A stretch of DNA of 64,000 nucleotides from Vicinamibacterales bacterium (lineage in GTDB: Bacteria; Acidobacteriota; Vicinamibacteria; Vicinamibacterales; UBA8438). This document shows, piece after piece, positions 1 to 8,744 of this stretch (positions within the stretch are counted from its first letter, which is position 1; each line of letters begins with the position of its first letter). Under the pieces are notes generated by a model. The model did no database searches and was not told the origin of the DNA. It saw only the letters and a list, made by a program, of their open reading frames with translations. The DNA lies in contig OZ244130.1 of NCBI GenBank assembly GCA_965215895.1, forward strand, positions 416,157 to 480,156. Reading direction: 5' to 3'. A program made the translations under genes and the position numbers.

Positions 1-911
1 CGCCGCTCGAGTACCCGGCAAGCGTCGACGCCGGCGACGCCGACTATCTCGAGGACGACCACGTCGTGTTCGGCATCGCGCTCGGCGGCGAGGCGCGGGC
101 GTATCCGAAGCGCATTCTCGCCTGGCACGAGATGGCCCTCGACCGCATCGGCGGGGTCGAGCTGACCATCGTCTACTGCACCCTGTGCGGGACGGTGATT
201 CCGTTCGAGAGCGAGGTCGACGGCCGGTATCTGAAGTTCGGCACGAGCGGCCTCCTCTACCGCTCGAACAAGCTGATGTTCGACGATCAGACCAAGAGCC
301 TCTGGAACACGTTCGAGGGAGTGCCGGTGGTCGGCGAGCTCGCGGGCAGCGAGCTGCGGCTGAGCCTGCGGGCGGTGGTCACCACGACCTGGGGCGAGTG
401 GCGGCGGCGCCATCCGTCGACGACGGTCCTGTCCCTCGACACCGGCCACCGGCGCGACTACTCGGAGGGGGCGGCGTACCGGGGCTACTTCGGTACCGAC
501 GACCTGATGTTCCCGGTCTCGCGCACCGACGACCGGCTGTCGAACAAGGAAGAGGTGCTGGTGCTGCGGCTCGACGACCCCGCCCGGGGCGGCGCGCCGG
601 CGCCGCTGGCCATCACCGCCCGGTTCCTGGCACGGAACCGCGTCTATCACTTCGAGCTCGCGGGGCGCCGCCTGGTGGTGGTTACGAGCGAGGAGGGCGC
701 CAACCGGGTGTACGACGCCGGGGACGTCCGCTTCGCACGGCAGATCGGTCCCGGGCGCGTGGCCGACGAAGCGGGCCGGGCGTGGCGGGTAGTCGAAGCG
801 GCGCTGGTGCGCGAGGACGACCCGAGCGCGCAGCGGCCCCGCGTCTCCGCCCATCGCGCCTTCTGGTTCGGCTGGTACGCCCAGTTCCCCGACACCGCGC
901 TGGTCGACTGA
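1..911 (+). CDS. DUF3179 domain-containing protein (5' end outside window)
   Basis: The frame of ORF 66..911 stays open back to base 3 (PLEYPASVDAGDADYLEDDHVVFGIALGGEARAYP...). The pattern EARAYP..HE..CTLCGT..SGLLYRSNKLMFD..T.SLW is as I recall for DUF3179. Stop TGA at 909-911. Confidence 0.75.
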   Translation, partial: PLEYPASVDAGDADYLEDDHVVFGIALGGEARAYPKRILAWHEMALDRIGGVELTIVYCTLCGTVIPFESEVDGRYLKFGTSGLLYRSNKLMFDDQTKSLWNTFEGVPVVGELAGSELRLSLRAVVTTTWGEWRRRHPSTTVLSLDTGHRRDYSEGAAYRGYFGTDDLMFPVSRTDDRLSNKEEVLVLRLDDPARGGAPAPLAITARFLARNRVYHFELAGRRLVVVTSEEGANRVYDAGDVRFARQIGPGRVADEAGRAWRVVEAALVREDDPSAQRPRVSAHRAFWFGWYAQFPDTALVD

Positions 912-932
912 GCCGTTCCGAGGAGCAGTTCC

Positions 933-2591
933 ATGCGACGCATGCTCATCGTCCTGCTGGCGGCGGCGCCCGCCCTGTGGCTTCACCACGCCGTGCCGGT
1001 GGCGCAGGGGGTGGAGCAGGCGCCCGCGGCGACGTCCGCCGATCGGGCCGGCTGCGAGGCGCTCCTTCAGGTGCGCAACCTCACGCTTACCCAAGCCGGG
1101 CTGGCCGAGGCCGACGGCGTCCCCTACTGCTACGTCCGGGGGATTCTCCCCCCGGCGATTCACTTCCACGTGCAGCTTCCGCTGCCGCGCGACTGGAACG
1201 GACGGTTCCTCAAGTGGGGCGACGGCGGGAAGGACGGCGACCTCGACTTCGCCGACCACCGCGTGGCGGCCGGCTACGCCGTGGCCAACAGCAACACCGG
1301 CCACGACAACGGGGCCGAGCCGGGCTCGTCGTTCGCCCACGACAACCGGCAGGCGGAGATCGACTTCGGCTACCGAGCGGTCCACCTGACCACGGCGGCG
1401 GGGAAGACGCTGGTCCGCGCCTACTACGGCGCCGCGCCCGAGTACTCCTACTTCGAGGGCTGCTCGACCGGCGGCCGGCAGGGGCTGATGGAGGCGCAGC
1501 GCTACCCGGACGACTTCGACGGCATCGTGGCGGGCGCGCCCGCCAACCACTATCAGGAGATGAACGCCGTGCGGGTCTGGCTGCTGCAGCGGATGTTCCG
1601 CGACGAGTTCGCCGGCGCTCTGGCGTTCGACACCGACGGTGACGGACGGTTCGACAGCGTCCGCAAGCTGGAGATCCTGGCCGACGCGGTGCTCGCGGCG
1701 TGCGACGGGAACGACGGCGTCGCCGACGGCGTGATCGACGACCCCCTCGGATGCGACTTCGATGCCCGCCGTGACCTGGCGGCGCACCGCTGTCCGGGCG
1801 GCGTCGACGGCGACGCCTGCTTCACGGAGGCCCAGATCCGCACCGTCACCGACTTCCATGCCGGCCCGCGTGACCACGGGGGGCGTCCCATCTACGCCGG
1901 CAAGCCGCCCGGCTCGGAGCGGCAATGGGCCGGCCTCTTCGTTCCCTACGCCGGGAACGGCTTTTCCCCAGGCGCGGTGGGTCTGGGCGGGGACCATCTC
2001 AACTATCTGTTCTACGACACCGACCCCGGCGTCCCGCCCGCGGATCTTCTCGACGTGGCGGCGCCGGCCGACCGTACCGCGGCCCCGCCGGAGTGGGCGT
2101 GGTGGGAGTTCGACATCGACGACGTGACGGCGGGGAAGGGCGACGTCATGAAGGGGATTACCGACGCCACCGACCCCGATCTGTCCCGGTTCCTGCTGCA
2201 GCAGGACGGCAAGCTCATCGTCTATCACGGGTGGGCCGATGCCCTGGTCGTGCCGCAGCCGACGGTCGAGTACTACCGGGACGTGATCGAGACGACGTTC
2301 GGGGGGGACGTGGCGGCCGCCCGCGACCGGGCCCGGCTCTTCATGGCGCCGGGCATGAACCACTGCCGCGGGGGCGCCGGGCCCGACACCTGGGACCGGC
2401 TCGCTCCGCTGGTCGACTGGGTCGAGCGCGGCATCGCCCCCGACGCCCTGATCGCCACGCATGCGAGCGACGGCGCCGTCGACAACGAGCGCCCGATCTG
2501 CGCCATCCCCGAGCGTGCCGTCTACACGGGACCGGCCGGCGGGGCCGACGACCCGGCGAACTGGGTGGCCGGGAACTTCACCTGCCGGTGA
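933..2591 (+). CDS. tannase/feruloyl esterase family alpha/beta hydrolase, secreted
   Basis: Signal-like N-terminus MRRMLIVLLAAAPALW. Nucleophile context YFEGCSTGGRQGLMEAQRYPDDFDGIVAGAP is typical of the tannase/feruloyl-esterase family. 552 aa. Confidence 0.8.
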   Translation: MRRMLIVLLAAAPALWLHHAVPVAQGVEQAPAATSADRAGCEALLQVRNLTLTQAGLAEADGVPYCYVRGILPPAIHFHVQLPLPRDWNGRFLKWGDGGKDGDLDFADHRVAAGYAVANSNTGHDNGAEPGSSFAHDNRQAEIDFGYRAVHLTTAAGKTLVRAYYGAAPEYSYFEGCSTGGRQGLMEAQRYPDDFDGIVAGAPANHYQEMNAVRVWLLQRMFRDEFAGALAFDTDGDGRFDSVRKLEILADAVLAACDGNDGVADGVIDDPLGCDFDARRDLAAHRCPGGVDGDACFTEAQIRTVTDFHAGPRDHGGRPIYAGKPPGSERQWAGLFVPYAGNGFSPGAVGLGGDHLNYLFYDTDPGVPPADLLDVAAPADRTAAPPEWAWWEFDIDDVTAGKGDVMKGITDATDPDLSRFLLQQDGKLIVYHGWADALVVPQPTVEYYRDVIETTFGGDVAAARDRARLFMAPGMNHCRGGAGPDTWDRLAPLVDWVERGIAPDALIATHASDGAVDNERPICAIPERAVYTGPAGGADDPANWVAGNFTCR

Positions 2592-3009
2592 GCGTGGCGC
2601 GAGAGGCGCGACCCGTTCCTGGACGCCGACGACGTGGCCGACGTGCTCGCGACGGTCGAAGCCCAACTGGAACCGACCTACGCGATGAGATCTCGTGCGG
2701 TTCGCTCCGGTAGGGCGTTAGAATGCTGGAATCGTACTGGACCAACACGACCGAGACCGGAGCGTCTTGCCCGAGTGCCGAGGTGCTCACCGCTGGCCGG
2801 CGGCCGAAGAACCAGGCGCCATCGGGACTCGAGGTCGCATGTCGCTGGCCGCCGCGGTGTGGGAGGAGTTCGAGCGCTCACCGAGCGCGCCGAGGCGGTC
2901 GTGGCCGCCCGGGGATGTTGACCGTCGGACGCCTGCGCTCGTGGTAGTACGGGATCGGTCTGCCGATCCCGCTTCGACACCATCTGAGAGCCCCCCAGGG
3001 AGGAATCGA

Positions 3010-4158
3010 ATGAAGACGACACGCCGTGGATTCGTAGGAACCATCGCGCTGGGTGCCGCGGCTGGTGCCCTGACCGGCACTTCACCGTTCAGCAAGCGGG
3101 CCAGCGCCCAGACTCGGGAGGCCGCGAAATCCGGTATCCATGATGATGGCGTCATCCAGCTCAACCAGAACGAGAGTGCGCGCGGCCCTGGTCCGAAGAC
3201 CATCCAGGCCATTCAGGCCCACGCCAACAAGCGCATGGGCCGCGGCTATTCACCGGATCACGTCAACGAGCTGAGAACGGTCATCGCCGACTACTACGAA
3301 GTCGGTACCGACAACGTGCAGCTGGCCACCGGCTCCACCCCCCTGTTGCAGGGGTCGGTGCGGGCGTTCTGCTCGGCGACCAAGGGCTTCGTGACCCCCA
3401 TGCCCACCTACTCGACCAGCTTGAGCACCGCCCGACGGATCGGGGCCAAGACGACCGAGGTGGATCTGGACAGCTCGCTCGCCATCGATCTCGACGCGCT
3501 GGCGGAGGCGTCTCGCGGCGCAGGCCTGGTCTATCTCTGCAATCCGAACAACCCCACCGGCATGGTACACGGACCCGGCGCCGTCGAGCGTTTCGTGCGC
3601 CGCGTGCTGCGTGAATCGCCGGACACCATGATTCACGTCGACGAGGCCTACATCAACTACGGACGGCCCGGCAGCATCGAGACCGCGGTGCCTCTGGCGC
3701 TGGAGGACGAGCGCGTGTTCGTCACCCGTTCCTTCTCGAAGGCACATGGCATTGCGGGCTTGCGTGTCGGATACGGCCTCGCCCAGGAGCAGACCCTGGC
3801 CAAGATCCGCGGCGCCTGGGGCATGGGCGACGTCAACATGCTGGGCGCGATAGCTGCGATCACCGCGTTCGAGGACACGGAGCACATCGATCGGGAAGTG
3901 CGGGAGAACGCCGAGATTCGCGACGGCGTGATCGCTGCTTTCCGCGACATGGGCTTCGACGTGCCCGACTCCAACACCAACCACATCTTCGTCAACATCG
4001 GCCGCCCCGCACGGGAGTTCCGCGAAGCGTGCCTGGAGCGCAAGGTGCTGGTAGGCCGGGATTTTCCACCGTTGCATACCACGCATTGCCGAATCTCGAT
4101 CGGCAGCCGAGAGGAGATGGCGGCGGCAATGGGGGTGTTCAGGGAGGTCCTGGCGTGA
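3010..4158 (+). CDS. class I/II (HisC-like) PLP-dependent aminotransferase with twin-arginine signal
   Basis: ATG at 3010 is preceded by GGGAGGA. N-terminus MKTTRRGFVGTIALGAAAGALTG...ASAQ. The body has LNQNES, LCNPNNPTG and SFSKAHGIAGLRVGY (PLP-lysine context). The long ORF from 2767 has an implausible N-terminal extension. Confidence 0.8.
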   Translation: MKTTRRGFVGTIALGAAAGALTGTSPFSKRASAQTREAAKSGIHDDGVIQLNQNESARGPGPKTIQAIQAHANKRMGRGYSPDHVNELRTVIADYYEVGTDNVQLATGSTPLLQGSVRAFCSATKGFVTPMPTYSTSLSTARRIGAKTTEVDLDSSLAIDLDALAEASRGAGLVYLCNPNNPTGMVHGPGAVERFVRRVLRESPDTMIHVDEAYINYGRPGSIETAVPLALEDERVFVTRSFSKAHGIAGLRVGYGLAQEQTLAKIRGAWGMGDVNMLGAIAAITAFEDTEHIDREVRENAEIRDGVIAAFRDMGFDVPDSNTNHIFVNIGRPAREFREACLERKVLVGRDFPPLHTTHCRISIGSREEMAAAMGVFREVLA

Positions 4159-4237
4159 GGGGGAACGACGGAGCTGCGACGCCAGCTCCACGCCGTACAG
4201 CCGTAACTCTACCTTTGACGTGATGAGAGGGGCAACC

Positions 4238-5590
4238 ATGTCAAGCATCGTCCGGCTCAATCGAAGAGCCTTCATGAGAAACGCTGGCGCGACCGCCATC
4301 GCCGGCGCCGCTGGCGGCCTGGTCAGCGGCACGAGCTCGGCGGCGGCGCAAAGCTCGACCAGCATCCCACGCTTGCCGAACGGCCGGTATGATTTCGACA
4401 CTCCCTACAATCGTGTCGGTACCGACTGTTCCCGGTGGGACTCTCCGGCCCTCCGGTATCCGGAGGGTGTGTTCAAGTACGGCATGGGTGTGGCGTCATT
4501 GGACTTCGAATGTGCGCCGTGTATCACCGAAGCGCTGCAGGAGAGAATCCAGCATCACAACTGGGGCTACCTGAGTACTACCCAACCCCTTCGAGACGGC
4601 ATCTTGAAGTGGAATGGTGAACGCCACGGTCTGGATCTGGACCCCGCCTCCATCGTCATCTCCGACGGTGTCTATCCGGGCGTCATCGCGGCGCTGCGAT
4701 CGTTCGTGCCGATCGGGAACAAGGTGCTCTTGACCACACCGGCGTATTCGGGGTTCTACTCAATGGCCCGCGCTGCCCGGGTGGATACCGTCGACAGCCC
4801 GATGCTCTACCGGAACGGGCGCCATGAGATCGACTGGGACGACCTGGAATCGAAGATGACCGCGGACGTGCGCGCGACGATCGTCTGCAACCCGCAGAAT
4901 CCGACCGGCAACGTGTGGACGGAGGAGGAGCTGCTTCGCCTCGGCCGGTTGGCCCTCGAGCACAAGGTCGTCGTGCTGGCGGACGAGATTCACTCCGACG
5001 TCATCCGTGCCGGGCACAGGTACACACCGTTCGCGAGCCTGCCGGATGAAGCCGTGGTGAACAACAGCGTCTCTTTCAACGCCGTCAGCAAGACCTTCAA
5101 CCTGGCCGCGATGAAGAACGCCTACTACTACTCCAAGAGCCCCACCCTGCTCGCGCGCGCGAACCAGTACCACCGCGCGGAGCTCAGCACGCTTGGCGTG
5201 GTAGCCAACACCGCGGCGTATCGGGACGGCGGCGAGTGGTTCGACGAGGCCAACGCGTACATCGATGACAACCACACGTTCGTCGAGAACTACGTCAACC
5301 AGCACATGCCCGACGTAGGCTATACGCGCAACGAAGGCACGTTCATGACCTTCCTGGACTTCAGCAGGGTCATGGATCGCATCGGCGCCGAAGAGATGGC
5401 CGCGAAGGGAGGCGGCACTGCCGAGGAGTACTTCCAGAACTGGCTGACCCACCAGTCAGGTGTCTATCTGAATCCTGGTTCCAGCTACGGCAGCGGCGGA
5501 GAAGGCCACATGCGAATGAACGTGGCCTCGTCTCGCCGGGTACTGCGGGAGGCGTGTGAGGCGATGGCCGCGGCAGTTCGCAAGGTCTAG
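4238..5590 (+). CDS. MalY/PatB-type PLP-dependent C-S lyase (aminotransferase class I/II) with twin-arginine signal
   Basis: ATG at 4238 follows GAGAGGGG. N-terminus MSSIVRLNRRAFMRNAGATAIAGAAGG...AAAQ. This is followed by YDFDTPYNRVGTDCSRWDSP, CNPQNPTGNVW and SVSKTFNLAAMK, typical of PatB/MalY-like enzymes. Confidence 0.8.
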   Translation: MSSIVRLNRRAFMRNAGATAIAGAAGGLVSGTSSAAAQSSTSIPRLPNGRYDFDTPYNRVGTDCSRWDSPALRYPEGVFKYGMGVASLDFECAPCITEALQERIQHHNWGYLSTTQPLRDGILKWNGERHGLDLDPASIVISDGVYPGVIAALRSFVPIGNKVLLTTPAYSGFYSMARAARVDTVDSPMLYRNGRHEIDWDDLESKMTADVRATIVCNPQNPTGNVWTEEELLRLGRLALEHKVVVLADEIHSDVIRAGHRYTPFASLPDEAVVNNSVSFNAVSKTFNLAAMKNAYYYSKSPTLLARANQYHRAELSTLGVVANTAAYRDGGEWFDEANAYIDDNHTFVENYVNQHMPDVGYTRNEGTFMTFLDFSRVMDRIGAEEMAAKGGGTAEEYFQNWLTHQSGVYLNPGSSYGSGGEGHMRMNVASSRRVLREACEAMAAAVRKV

Positions 5591-5595
5591 CGCGA

Positions 5596-5770
5596 ACCGT
5601 TGGTCGAGCGCTTCAGGACCGCGACGGCGCGTCGAGCATCAGCCGGCAGTGCGCGCTGCTCGGCATCAGTCGTTCGTCGGTGTACTCTACACGCCACGGG
5701 GGGAGAGCGCGGAGAGTCTGGCGTTGATGCGGCGCATCGACGCCTTGTCGCTTGAGTTCTCGGAAAAACC
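5596..5770 (+). pseudogene. IS3-family transposase (OrfB N-terminal region) remnant, frameshifted and truncated
   Basis: Two frames together read ..SSISRQCALLGISRSSVYS / TPRGESAESLALMRRIDALSLEF. This matches the conserved ISRQC.LL.ISRS..YY.P.GE....L.LMR.ID..FLE opening of IS3-group OrfB proteins. There is no catalytic domain downstream. Confidence 0.55.
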
Positions 5771-5859
5771 GGGACTGCTCCCTCTTTACCCGCACCGTGG
5801 GATACAGGTTGTCGGCCTCGCAGCCTAACGCCAGCAGGTGTCCGTTGCGGCGACCCTTG

Positions 5860-7526
5860 TCATCGTCGGGAACGCGGGCCTCCGAGCTGATGGACTCGGA
5901 GGTGTTCTGAAGTGAGCCTGTTGCTTTTGAGCGGCCTTTCCGAAAGATGGCACGGCATTTTCCTTCTTGTAGTGCCGAGTACTGGCCTTCGCGGTGACGC
6001 GCGGGCCCGAAGGGTTCGGCGCCGCTCTTGTCCCGCTACCACTCCAGTGTGGGGCAGGACGTCTTTCTGGAGACGGAACATCTCGTCGATGGTGTGAACC
6101 GCCGCCCGGTACGAGTGCGTGGTCGGGTCCAGCAGCAGCGCCTGGAGCAGGGTCTGGCGGCGGCCGCTCGCGAACGCGTCGACCAGCAGCCGATTGATGC
6201 TGGTCTGGAGCCTCAGCAGCCCGAGGATTCCCTCGGGGAGCGGCGCCATGCCGGCGGGGTGCAGGCCGCTCGCGTCGGCACGGGCGGGAACCTCGACGAC
6301 GGCGCCCTCGGGCAGGCCGGGCACGTAGCCCGCGTTCGGCACGTTGACCGCGGCGAGGGCGGTGTCGACGCCGCACAGCACCCCTTCGAGGAGGGGGGCC
6401 GCCAGCTCGCCGGAGGGAGCGAGAGCCCCGTCCGGGTCGGGCTCGTCCGCGTCGTTCCCCGCGTCGCCTCTTAGCCGGCTGAGCGGCGCGTCGGGGAACG
6501 CGGGCACATCCGTGGGGTGGTCCGCAAGGTTGTAGATCCATGTCGGCGGGTTCCCCGTCTCCCAGGGCGCACCCTCTACGGGGTCGTAGAAGAACTGGAG
6601 AAGGCTGCTGCCCAGGAATTCCTGCGCCCATCCCAGGTAATCGCCGATGTGATTCGCGCCCGGGCTCGGATATCGATCGAACACCCGGAACAGGATCCGG
6701 CTCAGCGCGATCTCGTCCCAGTCGTGCAGCCAGTGGGCCTCGCGCTCGCGACGCTTGAGTCTCGGGTAGAGGTCTTCGCCCGTCTCCCGGTCGCGTACGG
6801 ACTCGAACCAGGTGAAGTGGTTGAGCCCGCTCGCACGGGCGTCGAGCCGGTCCACCGGAAGGTCCAGGAGGCGGGCCATCTGCTCCATGCCGTCGAAGAC
6901 GCCGTGGCAGAGTCCGACGACGCGTATCGAGGAGAGCCGGCTCTGGGCCTCGCACAACTTGGTGAGCGGGTTCGTGTAGTTGACGAGCCAGGCTTCGGGG
7001 CAGTGCGCTTCCATCGCCCGCACCACCTCCAGTGCCGGCTTCATGTTGCGGAGAGCGTGAAAGAGGCCTCCCGGACCTCCGGGCCACCAGCGCTTCTACC
7101 CGCAACACCGGGGCAGCTCCGGCAGAGCCCCCCCTCGTCGAATGGTCACGATCCTCGATGCTCGGAGCCTCCCGGACCCCCGTTCTCTCCGTAGATCTGC
7201 CGCGAGCCAAAGCGGCGGGGGACGTGGAAGTCCTGCGCCCAGTAGAAGTAACGGCGGAGCTCGATGGCCATCACCACCGCGTGGGCACCGGGGAGCGCCC
7301 GGTCGAGATCGGTCGTTGCGGAAACCAGGATTCGCCGGCCCATCCGATCCGCGACCGCCTCCGCGTACGCCAGGGTGCGGGGCAGCTCCGACGGATCGAT
7401 GTCGACGAGGACGATGCTCAGACCGCGGTCGCAGAGCGGATCGCTGAGAAGCAGGTCGCGGATGGAGGCGGGCCCGAACTGGCGGCTCCCCGCCCCGACA
7501 AGGACGATCTTGAGGCGGTCCTTCAT
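5860..7526 (-). pseudogene. glycoside hydrolase family 4 (NAD/Mn-dependent glycosidase), disrupted by a 101-bp insertion
   Basis: The N-terminal piece from ATG 7526 reads MKDRLKIVLVGAGSRQFG...YGENGGPGG, then a stop. The C-terminal piece resumes GGPGGLFHALRNMKPALEVVRAMEAHCPEAWLVNYTNPL...GLCHG in another frame. The last ~60 codons run into AT-richer sequence and are probably non-native. Confidence 0.7.
7066..7178. repeat. 12-bp direct repeat (gcctcccggacc at 7066-7077 and 7167-7178) bracketing an 89-bp insert inside the GH4 gene
   Basis: Exact 12-mers lie 101 bp apart. Removing one repeat plus the 89 bp restores the reading ..ENGGPGGLFHALRN... The insert ends are weakly inverted (TCCGAGC.. / ..GCCCGGA). 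Confidence 0.7.
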
Positions 7527-7542
7527 GACGCCGTCCTCCGGT

Positions 7543-8212
7543 TCATGGAGCCGGTTGTCCCGGCGCCGAGGGCGTGTCGGCGTGCGCGATCCGTATGGTG
7601 ATCGCCCCCGCGCCGAGGGACACCAGGAGCAGCAGCGCGCCCACGCCGGCCCGGCCGGTGAGCACGTACCCCACCCCGAGGAGGCTCGCGTAGACGAACA
7701 GCGCGCCGAGCAGGAAGCCCGGCCACATGCGGCTTCGCCAGCGGGTCGGCCGAGGTCACCCCCGTACGATCGGCCACGCGGCCCCACCAGCCGCCCGGGT
7801 GCACCCGCCGGTAGAAGCCGTCGAGCACGTCGTCCGCCTCGGGGCGCGTGGCGAGCACGACGGTCAGCCATAGCGCGGTGCATGCGAGCAGGATGATCAC
7901 CCCGCGGATGAGGTCCATTTCCGGTGCGTAGAAGCCGTCGGCGGCGCGCATCACCGAGGCGGGCAGGACCGGCTCGATCGCGGCCAGCAGGACTCTCCCG
8001 TTGGCCAGAAGCACCGAACCGGCCATGGCCGAGATCTCCGCCCACGCGTTGACCCGCCACCAGTACCAGCGGAGCAGCCAGACGAGCGCCACCCCCGCCG
8101 TGAGCTCGATGATGTAGATCCAGCCCCTCTGGATCGAGTCCATCTGCCAGGCGACACCCGCCGCGACCGCAGCCAGCAGCACGACCGCGACCCGGGGCGG
8201 CGCAACTCGCAT
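7543..8212 (-). pseudogene. sodium:solute symporter (SSS) family transporter, C-terminal fragment with frameshift
   Basis: The sequence ..IIELTAGVALVWLLRWYWWRVNAWAEISAMAGSVLLANG.. is typical of C-terminal SSS helices. The last TM (MWPGFLLGALFVYASLLGVGYVL, ORF 7543..7728) is in a different frame. There is no N-terminal ~350 aa, and upstream sequence in this frame is Arg/Pro junk. Confidence 0.55.
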
Positions 8213-8220
8213 CGGGCGAG

Positions 8221-8446
8221 CCGAACGACTACGGCCTCGGCTGGTTCGTGCGGCGACGTGCCGCTCAACGACACCGAGGCCCGCGTGATCGGCCACGGCG
8301 GGAGTGCGGTCGGCGGCTCGACGTCCTTCATGGCCTTCCCCGATCACGACCTCGTGATCGCCGTGTCGTCGAATGTCTCGTTCGCGGAGGACGCGGTCCG
8401 CTCGCTGGCGCTCGCGACGGCGGCAGCGTTCGCCGGCTACGAATGA
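8221..8446 (+). pseudogene. serine beta-lactamase-related (class C/esterase family) C-terminal fragment, frameshifted
   Basis: The reading ..PNDYGLGWFVR / DVPLNDTEARVIGHGGSAVGGSTSFMAFPDHDLVIAVSSN.. matches the YGLGW...GHGG...N tail of the beta-lactamase family. It is split over two frames and has no N-terminal SxxK region. Confidence 0.55.
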
Positions 8447-8744
8447 GCGCGATGCGCCGAGCTTGACTCTCGCTCCCCAATGTGGCCAACATCGGGCGAA
8501 TCCGGCGCACCGCCCTGGCTGCGGGGGCGCTCCGCGTGAGGACGGGCAAGGAGAGACATCGTGGCGACGAGACGGCGGGTTCGCCGATGGGGGCGCACAC
8601 CGTGCCGGCGGTCGCCGCGGCGACGATCGCGCTCGCGCCGGCGGTCGCCGCGCAGCGGGACGCCGGGCCATGCTCCAAGGTGGATGCTCGGAAACTCAAC
8701 AGCTGTGTCAAGACTGGTGACACAATCGTTGGCAAGGAGGCCGT

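Noticed and set aside
2592-3009. 418-bp gap upstream of the Tat-aminotransferase, examined for a riboswitch, sRNA or gene fragment
   Set aside because: I could recognise no conserved riboswitch-like structure. Several frames give short plausible-looking peptides (for example PFLDADDVADVLATVEAQLEPTYA), but none is assignable. It is left unannotated.
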